Positions 14,334 through 26,241 of a stretch of DNA of 64,000 nt are shown here, piece after piece (the stretch's first letter is position 1; every line of letters begins with the position of its first letter). The stretch is from Octopus bimaculoides (taxonomy: Eukaryota). The notes beneath the pieces were generated by a model, which saw only the letters and a list, made by a program, of their open reading frames with translations, had not been told where the DNA came from and searched no databases. The DNA is taken from contig NC_068984.1 of NCBI RefSeq assembly GCF_001194135.2, forward strand, positions 83,922,311-83,986,310. The letters run 5' to 3'. A program made the position numbers and the translations under genes.

Positions 14334-17300
14334 TGCTCATTCTGTGTTTCTTTTATACATTTTGCATGTGAAGTAAGTTGAAGACAATGAAACAGAAAAC
14401 ATTTCCTAGTTTTATATTCAAACCTAAAAGTCTTTTTGCTTGGTGAAGAAGCTAACAGACCAGCATCATAAGTGTATATGAATATTGCTCACAGTATATT
14501 AAATAGGAAGGTATTGAGGAAAAATATATCATTATCACTGATGAAGAAATGTACAATGGGGTTTCAAATATAATGCACTAGATTCATAGACCATTGTGCC
14601 ATACTGAACTGATTATTTGATTATTTTCAACAGTTTTCCACTAACTTATCAGTCTTCAACTCAGTATACTTCAGATTATATACTAGTTATTATTTTAAAA
14701 TATTTTTCTCTGTGAATGAAATGCATATTTTAAGGAGTATTTATAAGAGTTTAAATCCACAACCATCTAAAATAGCTGAAGAATAAAAGCAAATTAAGTA
14801 CAAGGAAGATTTAAAAAACGCTAATTTACCTCAAACTAAATTTAAATTATCAATAATTTAATTATGATAAATATATAGCTTAATATTAAAAAAATATTAA
14901 AATGGATTATATTGAAACATAAAACTCAACAAATGATCCTCACTAATAATGTTAAATTAGTACTAATTTCCTGTACTGACACAAAGCCACAGATTTTGAG
15001 TAAGAGTACAGGCAATTTAATTAACCTTCATATTTTATCAACATGAGAAAAATTAAAAGGTAGTGGTACTTAAATTCAGAACATAAAGACCAGTAACTAA
15101 ATTTCCACAAGCATTTTTACTCTACTGATTTTATTATCCAAAGCCCTTGTTTAATTGATATTAACCATTTAATTTAAATGCTTATATCCACAAATAATAC
15201 TAAAAAAAAAAAAAACAGAGCCTTCCAAAATCCTGGTAACAATTTAACAACTGATATGTAAAGAAAAAACTAGTCAAACTAAAACCTGCATTTGAAATCT
15301 GGAGTTTTCTTAATTACCTACAATTAACAAATTAATACACATAAAGCTTTCAACTTATAGTTTTAAACTAGCAGAAAATTTTGTATTGTGAAGAAAAAGA
15401 TCTAACTTGACAAATTCTAACTGTAGAGTAAAACATAGTCAGGATGGCCTAAGAGCTGTTAAATAAAGGCATATGAAGTAAGTAATTATTTGCTTCATGC
15501 CCAAATTTAAGCCTAAGTAGCAAAAGCAAATAGCAAATTACCAACAAAAGCAGGAGGAAAAAAACAAAACAAAACAACTAACAGATGCATGCAAGCCAAA
15601 TAGTTTTAGCCAACAAATTCACATCTAAATTCATCAACAATTCAGTCGTACATTTGGCCATTGGCAGCTGAGTAGATAGCTTGGTCATTGGCTTCTACGT
15701 ACTGGACATGTGCAGAATACACTGTTTGACCAGGTTGCTGGATGGATGCCTGTTCATGGACCTGCTCAGCAGTTGACTCGGGAACTGAGGCTGAAACAAA
15801 CAAAAGATGGGGGAAAAACATTCTAACAAAGAGAACAGTGGAAATGTAATAATTTACTTCTATTTTAAATGTTGCAATAAGTTTCAAACTAGAATATTAT
15901 TGAAAATGAAAGAAGAAAAAGAAAGGAATCTTGCATGGAAGGTTGGTTTAATATTTCTTTGAAAGAATTTTAGATATATGCTTCAAAGAAAAAAATTTTT
16001 AACAATGAAAATAAAGATTGATAAAAAAAAAGACAACTTATGGAATTGATATAGTAGAATAGGTGAAAAGTGGGAACATTTAAACAATTTTAACTGCTAA
16101 ATGTCACTCAAAGCATGCTAAATAAGAAAAGACCAGTGAACACATTCGTACTTGCTAAAACATTTCTATCCAAAAAAATTCGAGTAATTAGACCATTAGA
16201 TTGGAAATGCATTAAATTTGTGGGTAAAAGAGTTGACCAACTCAAAAGAGGTTTGCTGTAGCAGAATACAAAAATTAAAAATTACTTAAAAGTTATTCTC
16301 ATGACCTATAGCTCTCATTTCTCCACTATTTTACTATATAATGCTACCCAAGTAACAAGCGATGGCACTAGACTTGTCTGAAACCAGTCACTTACCATCA
16401 TCTCTATCACTAAGATAGATGCCTATGAAAAACAGATGCATTGAATTTGCATGTAATCAATACACTCTACTATGATCCTTTTCTGTACTACCAATCACCC
16501 ATCATCGCTCATTTCAATAACTACCTATCATGTAATCTTTCTTCCAAACTAGCAGTAGCTAATTTGTTATTATGGAAGAGAGATACAATGATATACTTCT
16601 ATCATTCATTCTTTCTCCCATATATTCCCTCATGCAAATGGAGATGCTGTAAGGTCTCTCTCAACTATGTGGGGGCAAAAGACAGCCATGTTGGTGCTAC
16701 AATAAAATACACCCACCACACGCTGCAGAGTGGATAGAAAATAACAAGTATTGAGAGGACCCTTTAGCTTATCTGAAGGCATGACAACCACTCTAGTGTT
16801 GCTATCACACCCAGTACATTCTGTAAAATGGTTGGTGTTAGACAGGGCATCCAACTGTAGAAACCCTGTTTAACATAGGACTCATGATAAAGAAAGTCTT
16901 TTGTCTTATATCAGAGGACAGTAGCTCCAAATAAGGACATGTGGTGTGATGACTCATTTAACTAGCATAGAAAGCAGATGTATAATGACGATAATTTTCT
17001 TACAAAAGAATTCAATTGCTTAAAATGTTAGGTACACACACACGCATAAATAATATCTTAACTACATTTTAGAGCCATTCTGGCCATCTAATAGCGCAAA
17101 AAGCCTGCTACATTCACTTTCCATTTATTTCAAAAAGTAAAAATAACAATTTTTTCTTTGTGTTTTAGAAGGCTCTAGCCTTGCCCCTTTCATGAAGTAA
17201 TTGCTTCAGTTTCAGCACACAATCTCAGAGCAGGTCACTTGCCAAACTAGTACAATCTGAACTGTATATATATATATATATATATNNNNNNNNNNNNNNN

Positions 17301-20300
17301 NNNNNNNNNNNNNNNNNNNNNNNNNNNNNNNNNNNNNNNNNNNNNNNNNNNNNNNNNNNNNNNNNNNNNNNNNNNNNNNNNNNNNNNNNNNNNNNNNNNN
17401 NNNNNNNNNNNNNNNNNNNNNNNNNNNNNNNNNNNNNNNNNNNNNNNNNNNTATATATATACATATATGTACACATACACACACAATATACCAACTATAG
17501 TCAGTAAGAAAGTAATAAAAACATTACAATTCTAAGTTCAAACCAACCCTGTCAATGACAGTGGCAGTATTATCTACAGATACCTGACATTCAGAAATTC
17601 CCTGCTCACTCTACATATTCCACAACAAACTTGTAAACCACAAGGCTATCCAGATATGAGGTAACAGCAATCCATGCAAATATTCAAAAATCATCCTGTA
17701 TTATCATACAGAGAGATGCTAAAAATACTGAATGACAGTGAGAAGGAAAGCAGAAAGAGTAACAGGCAGAATTTTAATTTGAGAAGTTCTAGTTTCCAGC
17801 CATTTGGCCGTGGCCATGCCAAGGTACCAAACTAAAAAAAAAAAGTCAGTAGCAAAATTACAAGTCAGGTATTTAAAAATATATAGTCAGAGAAGGAAGG
17901 GAAATACACATGACCTTTGTTAGATTATAAGGTTGATGTGGAGGTTGAACTTAGGTGTGCTGATGTCTGTAGGAAAAAAAACCTGAGCAAGGACTGAGTT
18001 ACAGTGGACTACAGTTTGGGAAAGGAATAATTGGGAAAAGTGTCAAGTAGCTTCTATAGATCAGGTGGCTTTTCAGTGAAGGTGGTAGACAGTCTGCTAG
18101 TTCAGAGAAGCAAAAAAAGCCATTACAGCAGCCTCAGTCAGCTAGATGGCCTCTTACTGATCTTTGTGTGTGTAGCAGCAGTGCTGTTCAGATATATAAA
18201 TAATACTTTAATGTGAGTTGCACTTGTGCTTTGTAGACTATCAGTAACTGATTAGGAGATTAAGATTTAAGTATTTTGGGGTATTGATAAGAAAGTCTAG
18301 TCTTAAGGCTGATTCAGTTGATTACACTCCTCATTCAAAATGTTCAGCCTTGTATCAATAACTAACACAATTGATCTCAGTAGAATTTAAGTGCAAGACA
18401 AAATACTGCAAGGTTTTTAATTCAGTATTCTACAATTTCTATACAGAAGTTGATAAAATAAACTACACTCTAACCACAACAAAAACTGGTATTCATACAC
18501 AGTCAAAAGAAATTATTACTAATATTATTATATTAGCACTGTAATAGAAATAATTGTCTGATAGATATTTGTGACAAGCAACAGAATGGTGAATGTTGTT
18601 ATATCCACAGTGTGGTAGGATTTGTGACAGCACTAGAATGGTGTGTGTGTATGTGTGTCATTTGCACACACCCATCACCAGTGATGAGTGTGTAAATGAG
18701 TTAGACTGATGAGTGTTGTGATTTGTGAATGCAGTATTCTTTTTAGACATATGTGAGAAGCACAGTCCCAACTGTTTTACATAATATAATTAAGCTCAAC
18801 TAGAACAACTTTTTAAACATCTGGAAGTGTTAAGACAATGAAAATAAACAGAAATGCATTAGAAAATAGTGATCTATATTAGAAGACAAACATTTCAAAG
18901 TTAGTGCATTTCAGTGCATCTGTTAGTTTGCCTAGTAAACTATTTCAGCAAGCCCTGGTAGATAGTGGTTAATAAGAACAAAACAATAAATTAATAAAGA
19001 AATTCACAAATTGTTGAAAGATAAAAATCATGTAAGACTCAAGAACAAACAAGGCTTTAAAATTTCAAGACAATTTACTATTCTACATTAATAAGATGCT
19101 AGATGAAGCAAAATATTTTTGTCGAAACCTAACACAACCTACCTGAATGATTTTATGTCAGTACTAGCAGAGTCATAAGCAGGTTGTGTGATACTAAACT
19201 CTTTAAGGGTATCTTTGTAACTTTGTTGCAAATATCAATCTGATTTATCTTTCTTATTAGGTTGATTTTCTGGAGGAAAGCACAATTCAATTACTATTTT
19301 TATGCTCAAATGCTTTACGCCTTAAGAAATTACACAAATCAATAACTAGATAAGCTGTCAGACTCCTAGTTATTGGGTCCCGTGTATGTCTCCTGTTGAA
19401 AACAATGTATTATTTCCCTAATCTTGAATTCAAATTTACACCAAATTGCTGCCACCACCACCAGTAACATTTGACTTACAATACCTGATAAGCAGTACAA
19501 TGAGACAATGGTGGAATGTATCTATGATATTGGTAGGTCAAAATAGTCATGAAAATAGTTGATTATGATAGTCAACACATATGAAATGACAAGAATTAAG
19601 AAGATATTATGCTGAGATGACAAATTGTAGTTGTCCAGCTTATTATTGCACACAAAAAATAAACATTAAAATGATTTATGATGATTGGAATCAGTTTTGT
19701 TGCAAGGCTTAGGTTTAAGCTTATGAAGAATCAATATCCAATGGGAGGACACCAATGATATGTTTGAGGTCTCGATGGGTCTCAGACTTGACACACATAC
19801 TGAAAATTTCTACCAAGGATCTCAAAGCAAATCAAACCTATTGCTTCAAAAATTCATGCATAAAATCGAAATCTTTAAAGACTATTCCATATAGGCCAAC
19901 TTGGAAAGGTGGATAAATTTCAAAATGTTCAAACAATGGTACTGAGAGGGAAAATTTACGACCACATATGTAAGACAAAATTTATTATTAACTTACTGGC
20001 AACTATATAAGAATGCCCTGTGTGTGCAGGTTGAAGAATGGTGGTAGTGGCTTGTGACACTTGAACTTTTTGAATTGGTCCAGCATTCACAGCACTAGTC
20101 TGAGGTTGTTGTGTCAGCTGTTGAACAGGCGCTTGTTGTTGTGGAGCTTGTACTTGGTTTGGTTGAGGCTGCTGCTGTTGCTGTTGCTGTTGTTGTTGTT
20201 GTTGCTGCTGCTGCTGAAGTTGTTGTTGCTGTTGTTGCTGCTGCTGAACAACTTGTGCCTGAGTGACCACAGGTGACTTTGCAGTATTCTTTGTTTAAAA

Positions 20301-21571
20301 AGATTTAAAAAAAATGTTGATGTAAGTTATAGGCAACATTAAAACATTATCAGAGCCATATCATATTTTTATGTTAGTGAAAGACACTTCTAATCAGGAA
20401 GAGCAAATGGTACAAGAGTAGTTAGTTGATCACTGGTGACATAGAAATTTAAATTAGCAAATTATGACATAAGTTTCGATTTAATTCTCTCAATATGTGA
20501 GGAGTTGAAAGTGAAAATGAAGAATTTAGAAGGATTTGAATTCAACCATAGCCTAGCAAACAATTTGAAAATCAAGAGATAAACAGCATTAGGCAATAAC
20601 TATTCCATCAATTTTGAATATATTGTCAAAGATATTAGGAGTCACACATAGCTTTATGATTTTGGACCGCTGTCATACACAGGAGGGCATGGATGAGAAA
20701 AACACCAACCGCTTTGCTTGCAACACCAAGGCCAAGATTAAAGAGGTGTTTGCAGATCTTCCTAGGGACACAGTGAGGAATGTATGTGCCAAATTTAAGA
20801 GCATTCTTGAGGTTGTTGTGGAAGCTGAGAGCAGCTACTATGGGTAAACTGTTATCTTCCAGCCATAATCTAGTTGATATTTTTTGATTTTTCTAAATAA
20901 TTTTATTTCTGGATGGGATGATGTATCTCTTTACCTTTTCAGCAAACTGAAATTTAGCCCAAACATCCTGCATACACATGCACACATACTGCTGCCACTG
21001 TCACCACCTCTATCATTTTTTTAATATCCACATCTCATGCTGCCATGACAGAATTCAATGGATTGCATTGTGCTCCAATGTCTGCTTCAGAAACCTGTTG
21101 CCTATGTGCATGTTTACATTGTTGTTTATGTTATGTCTTGTAACCTAGCAGTTTGACAAATAGAAATCAATAAAATAAGTAACAGACTGAAATAAATATT
21201 GGGATTAATATGATTGATTAAGCCCTTGGATGGCACTACTATTGTATGGTAGCAGTCCAAAATCATACAGCTATGTTTGACTCCTTATGTCATTGACAAT
21301 ATATTCAACACTGATGGATGCTCTTCCTAATGCCAACAACTTCATAGAGTGTATAGGGCTAGTGAGGGCACCATGCAAGTTGTAAGACTAAGATTACCTT
21401 TTATTTAGTTGAGCTAAGCTAAGAGAGAGGGGGGAGAGAGAAAGATGCTATGAAATGAAGGGTTAAAATATGAGAGAAGGGGTCAAAACTGAACAAGTTT
21501 CTTGTTGTAGGGGAGCTACATCTCACGTTACAGAAGAAAGGATAGGATCAACTGGAGTGGAGCTGATATAC

Positions 21572-21606
<35 letters not shown>

Positions 21607-24234
21607 CATGTGTATAGTGGTGTAAAATAATGTGCAGTTAGTTGTCTCTTTATATCAAAAGATAACTTATCCATGATGATAAGCAGAGATAGTAAATTAA
21701 TTTCCATTGAATAAAGAGCCTTTAAAGCTGTCCTAAAAAGTCAATGACCAAAATCAATGAAAGTGTACATATATCATCATCATTTTTACAACACCTTCTT
21801 TTGTTCTGACAACTGAATGTTCTTGTCACCACACAATGTACTATTTCTCTTATTCCTTCAGACAATGAAGGACTAGGGGAAATATATCAACATTGTCTTA
21901 TGTCTGCTTTTTATGCTGGCTTGGACTGAATGGGTCAATATTGTCAGAGTCAGTATATATTCAGAGATACTGTTCACCAAGACTGTACTTCTGAATATGG
22001 ACCACATCTCATGCGTTTTATTTTTGGCTTTCGCCTCTATACCTAAATCCTCTTTTTAGCACCAACCACTTTGCAGAGTGTAGTGGGTGTAATTTTTATG
22101 GTACCAGTAGTAGACAGGTTGCCATGTCCTTGACAAGACTAAAAGATCCTCTCAACCTTACATTTTACAGAGTATACTGGGTGCATTTTCATATGGCACC
22201 AGCGCTAGAGAGCCTCAAAGATTAGTGCTCTCAACCCCACACCTCTACTCACTTACTAACTAACCACTTAATAGAGTAAGAGGCATAGGTAATATAAGCA
22301 TGACTCATAGAAATGAGTAATAAGAACAATGTGTTACACAAGGGGGTACCCAAAAGAAACCGGAATTTTGCAACATTATTTTATTCACTTAGTTTTACAT
22401 GCTTACACATTTATTGTCTTCAAAGTATTCTCCATTTGAAGCAATGCATCAGTTCAGATGCATTTTCCACTGTTCGAAGCAGTACTAAAACTCTTGTGAA
22501 GTGATGCCTTTTAATGCCTCCATCATTTTTATCTTCACCTCTTTCGCATCTGCAAATTCCGTAGCACCAGCTTTCATCACCAGTGATGACCTTCGAAATA
22601 AGGTCAGGATCAACTTCCAACTGTTCCTTCAGTTCATGACAGGCATTCAGTCATGACTACTTTTGATCTTCTATGAGCAAGTGAGGCACAAATCTTGCTG
22701 CAACTCTTTTCATTCACAATTCCTCACTCAGAATTCATTGGCAGGAGCTCCAGGACACACCAGTGATATCAACAAGTTTGTTAATTGTTCAGTGACGGTC
22801 CTCCAAGATCAGTTTATGAATTTTCATGCTTTCATTTGTCCAGGTGGTCGATGATTGCCCTGAATGAAATTGGTCTTCAAGCTGCAAGTGACTATTCCTA
22901 AAGCATGGAAACCACGCAGCATCCTTGTAAGCTGTTTGAAACATGACCACTATTTTCCCCAGCAGAAAACAGAATTTCATGGAAGCACACTGTTCTTTCA
23001 TTTCAGCCATTGCAAAAATTGATAAACAGGGAAGAAGCACAGTAAAACAAAGATGTACCATGTGGCAGTACGAATTCAGATGACGCCGCCAGTTGGCAGA
23101 CTGATGCCTGAGGGTTGCATTGAGTGGCTTCTAGCAGCAGAAGCCTGAACTACAAAGGGTTGTCCCACAGAGAAAGTTTCCAATTACTTTTGGGTACCCC
23201 CTTGCGGAGAGGTGAATGTCTGAGATATGTACATACATTCAAGACAAATGTGACCAAAAGAAAAGAGCTGTGATAGAAGGCAACATGGCCCAGGAGACAG
23301 AGTGATGAAAAAGGAAGAGCTAGAATGTGTGAAAGAAAGAGAATAACAGTATGATGAGAGTGAGTGAAGAAGGAGATGATGGCAGCCCAGGAGGGAGGAT
23401 GTAGGCAGTATGCTGGACACAATAGGTCCAGTATAGTCACTTAACAGAGACCCCTAGATGGGCAGGAGAAGTCAAGTGGTGAGGTTGGTGGAAGGGGAAT
23501 AGGAAGTAGAGGGGTCCTCTACTAATGAATGGGGAATGACAGAGAATTGAGTGATAGAGATAAGAGTGACAGAAAATGAGAGGGTATCACATCACAGATG
23601 AGGCAGCAATAGTAGACTTGGTTGCAATATCCACACACCCATACTCCCAAGAATAAACATGCATGTGTATGATGATCATCATTTAACCCTTTCATTACCA
23701 TATTTTTGTTGAAATACACTGCCTTTTTTTTCAATTAATTTTGAAAATAATAATAATAAAAAAATTATTAAAATAACTCTGACATTATTCAGCTGGGGTT
23801 TGGAACATAAATTAACATGAAATTTTAATGTAGGTTACTTTAAAATGGGAAGTTTGTATCATAGGACCAAGGGCGGTTTCAGGTGGGTTGGTATCTAAAG
23901 GGTTAATGGCTATTTTCTATACTGGCATGGGCTGAACAGTTTGACAGGAACTGATGAGCCAGAGGACTGTTGAGCTCCAGTCTGTTTTGACATGATTTCT
24001 ACAGCTAGATGCGCTTCCTATTGCCAACCACTTTACAGAACGTAGTACTGATTGTTATTTTTATGGCACCAGCACTAGTGAGGTCAACAAGCAACTTACA
24101 AGAAAAAATCTCTCAACTGAATGGGGTTTAGTATTGAAGGATGTAAATGTACGAGAGACAGGAACAGGTGTCTTGCTGAAGAAGACACACATAGATTCCC
24201 CAGTGAGAGTGTGTTTGTGTGTGTGTGAGAGAGG

Positions 24235-24279
<45 letters not shown>

Positions 24280-26228
24280 TAGAAGAACAGAAAGGGTGGC
24301 TAGCTAAGTTTGTGAGAGTATGACAGATGATTAGAGATGGAGATTGAGGTGGATGCATGGTTGGTGGTGAATATCATTTTGGGGGAAGTGAAAGAATATG
24401 TATATATATATATATATATAAATAAAAAGAAGGAAATGAATCTCCTATACAGAACAAAAGTTAGCACTCGTTAAATAGAGCTAAATAGAGTTATATATAT
24501 ATAATCATCATTTTACTACACATGCATGGGTCAGATGGAATTCACTGAAGTAATTTTTCTGTGGCTATATGCCCTTTCTGTTGCCAACCATCACTTTTTC
24601 CTATGTATGTTTCTCAAGGAAAGATTGCAAATAAATAACAGCACTTGTAATGATAGTCATACTTGTTTACAATTATCATGTGATATCAAGACAAAGAGAT
24701 GTGTGTGTGCATGCACACACATACACTCTCCTAAGTTTTTGGTTGGCCTGATGCTATAGTTGAAGACACTGGCTTAAGGTGCTGCACAGTGGAACTTAGC
24801 TTCAAACCACATGGTTGGGAAGCAAGCCTCTCAACCACACAGCCATACCTGTTCTTATGCATATAAATACATATATGTAAAATAAATTCAGTCTACAATG
24901 CTTTTTGACTTCTGATTCACCATGCTTGCACATTTGGAAGGTCTTTAACACTGTGAATTACCATTCAACACAATCCCGTTATCTTTTTCATCTCCTTCCA
25001 AAAGTTCTATTTAATTTGAGTACACATCACTTTTAATACAGCTACAATCTTCTATGTGCATCACATGCCCATTTCAGCATAGCCTCCTCTCTCACACACT
25101 ACATCTGATTCCTCTTATATTCAGTTTTTCTCTCAGCTCATTAAGTTTCTGCTGTTTGTGCACACTAACATTACACCCAACAAAGCATGCTTGCTTCATT
25201 TCTTTCTAGTTTTTGCAAATCCTCAACATCCACAATGCACATCTTGCCACCATGCAGTACTACACTTTATAAATGTACATTAATCTGCCCTTCACTCTGA
25301 GGAGAAAGTCTTTGTTAAGAGGATTAATAGCTTCTCAAACTCTTTCCAATTCATTTTAACTCTGACTACTATACTTTGAGAACATCCACTCACACTAACT
25401 AGATCACCTTAGGTAGCACAAGTTTTCAACTTCTTTTACTTCTTATACATGTATAATGTATATACATATAATGTTCATTATCTTCACATTTATCTGTCTG
25501 TGTTTTATCCTTTATATATTTTCATTACTTTGTATTACTGCCACTTTATTTACATACTTGGATAAACCCGTGCTTCTGTATATTACAAACATCAGTGCAT
25601 TGTTTCAATTGATTTACATATCATATATATGTATGTACATATAAAGTTCATATTAGTACATAGGTTTGCATAAGTCTATAAGTTTATATATGTTTACAAT
25701 AATGTAACATTCAGGTATGGTTTCTTACATTGAGACAAGGCCCCAAATTTCAGGAATGGACATAGCAGATTGGACAATTAACCTCTGTATGACATTGATA
25801 CTTATTTTATTGACTGAAAGTAGGGAAGAAATCTGCTCCAGTGGGATTTAAACTCAGAATGGGAAGGGGTGAAACTAAAAACAAGGCATTGCATCTGACT
25901 AATCTACTATTGCAACCTTTCACCACTGTGACATAATCATTGCCACCACCCAAAATAAATGATAAGTTATGACAAATAATAGTCTAAGCAGAAATTAAAC
26001 CAAGGCACATTTGGAATAATCAGAGTTGAATTGAGAAAGATGAAATTGAGAGTGAGAAAAAGAAAAGCAAGATAAGCTGAATAAAGTCAATATAAAAATA
26101 AATAATGTGAACATCATTAGATACTTAGGTTAGTACATAATCTGAAACTGAACTCAATCCATACCTACCTGTGGCACATTCGCAGGATTCATTGCCTGAA
26201 GGTCATTCACGAAAGTTTGTGTAGCCAT
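1769..26228 (-). CDS. RFX: RFX1/2/3-class transcription factor, 5'-part multi-exon CDS (8 exons, 415 codons in window; continues left of window)
   Basis: Exons 26169-26228, 19997-20288, 15652-15790, 8547-8625, 5630-5770, 5015-5196, 2821-2937, 1769-2003 have GT-AG boundaries and matching phases (0,1,2,0,0,2,2). Product contains [38 protein letters not shown]...[33 protein letters not shown], the diagnostic RFX winged-helix DBD. Confidence 0.95.
2821..2937 (-). CDS. RFX: RFX exon: DBD wing end (not in ORF track)
   Basis: ttaaag|T GGT AAC TCC AAG TAC CAT TAT TAT GGT ATC CGC = [38 protein letters not shown], donor AA|gtgagt; phase 2 at both ends fits its neighbours. Confidence 0.93.
5015..5196 (-). 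CDS. RFX: RFX exon: DNA-binding domain core
   Basis: tatgcag|[60 protein letters not shown](R)|gtgagt. Confidence 0.97.
5630..5770 (-). CDS. RFX: RFX exon immediately before DBD (not in ORF track)
   Basis: ttttcctag|[47 protein letters not shown]|gtaagt; 141 nt. GTY.I and HTTRASPAT are conserved in RFX1-3. Confidence 0.93.
6835..6985 (+). mobile_element. tRNA-derived SINE, 5' half, degenerate
   Basis: Aligns by eye to 51228-51400 (ggttaagaag...ggttcag...tgggcaa...ttctacta...aaactgaaagaag). Confidence 0.7.
7340..7990 (+). mobile_element. degraded CR1/L2-like LINE RT fragment
   Basis: Remnant peptides resembling WK...I..I.KKG and [15 protein letters not shown] (RT domain 1-2), with many stops and deletions. 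Confidence 0.45.
8547..8625 (-). CDS. RFX: RFX exon, activation region (not in ORF track)
   Basis: gtgttcag|G TCA GGT TAT...=(M)[26 protein letters not shown]|gtaaga; resembles the MYS..GG.Y...GS segment of RFX1-3; phases 2/0 fit. Confidence 0.85.
9975..10165 (+). mobile_element. tRNA-derived SINE, internally deleted
   Basis: Head ggttccaggttcagtctcactgtgtggcaccctggg fused to tail ggggtcgatttgtttgactaa...tgaaacaggtaaaa. Confidence 0.75.
12265..12410 (-). mobile_element. tRNA-derived SINE
   Basis: Reverse-complement match to the 51228 copy (ttcagtt..., tcaaggtgctgtgcagtggg, acatggtt). Confidence 0.65.
13195..13242. repeat. (TG)n/(TA)n microsatellite
   Basis: Direct reading. Confidence 0.95.
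15652..15790 (-). CDS. RFX: RFX exon, activation region
   Basis: tttgtttcag|CC TCA GTT...[47 protein letters not shown]|gtacga; VY..HVQYVE...Y..NG matches the RFX1 transcription-activation region. Confidence 0.88.
17265..17470. repeat. (TA)n microsatellite spanning assembly gap 17286-17451
   Basis: TA runs on both sides of the N run. Confidence 0.9.
19997..20288 (-). CDS. RFX: RFX polyglutamine exon
   Basis: [15 protein letters not shown]9-L-Q16[17 protein letters not shown]...HSYIVA A|gtaagt; phase 1 joins exon 15790. The acceptor is uncertain: in-frame AGs give exon starts at 20288, 20276 or 20258. Confidence 0.82.
20660..20972 (+). mobile_element. Tc1/mariner-superfamily 3' fragment
   Basis: [40 protein letters not shown] resembles a Tc1/maT transposase C-terminus (..R LE.V.EA.G.Y). 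Confidence 0.5.
21575..21602. repeat. (TG)n microsatellite
   Basis: Direct reading. Confidence 0.95.
22337..23206 (-). mobile_element. mariner element, internally deleted, with TIRs
   Basis: TIR CAAGGGGGTACCCAAAAG (18/18) at 22339 and inverted ending at 23204. Remnants [16 protein letters not shown] (HTH) and [10 protein letters not shown] (first catalytic D). Confidence 0.85.
23687..23902 (+). mobile_element. piggyBac-like MITE
   Basis: TTAA|CCCTTTCATTACCA ... TGGTATCTAAAGGG|TTAA; 216 bp; related copies at about 29744-29922 (inverted) and 35688-35890. Confidence 0.7.
24240..24274. repeat. (GA)n microsatellite
   Basis: Direct reading. Confidence 0.95.
24738..24851 (-). mobile_element. tRNA-derived SINE head
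   Basis: ttggttggcc...aaggtgctgcacagtggaact...aaccacatggttgggaagcaagc is the reverse complement of the SINE head. Confidence 0.75.
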
Positions 26229-26241
26229 TGGACATTCAGTC
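26169..26241 (-). CDS. RFX: RFX exon containing the probable start codon (ATG at 26228)
   Basis: cccttctttag|GACTGAATGTCCA ATG GCT ACA...[20 protein letters not shown]|gtaggt; resembles the vertebrate RFX1 start MATQAYTELQA (recalled, not searched). Confidence 0.8.

Noticed and set aside
17212-17494. ORFs spanning N gaps (also 51544-52300, 53866-54364, 59577-59864)
   Set aside because: Artefacts of X runs and TA microsatellites.
17584-17831. Candidate exon ending ATG TCA G|gtatct, in phase with exon 15790
   Set aside because: Weak donor, several possible acceptors and no promoter signature; not distinguishable from chance.
20061-20276. Plus-strand poly-Leu ORF
   Set aside because: Antisense shadow of the polyQ exon.
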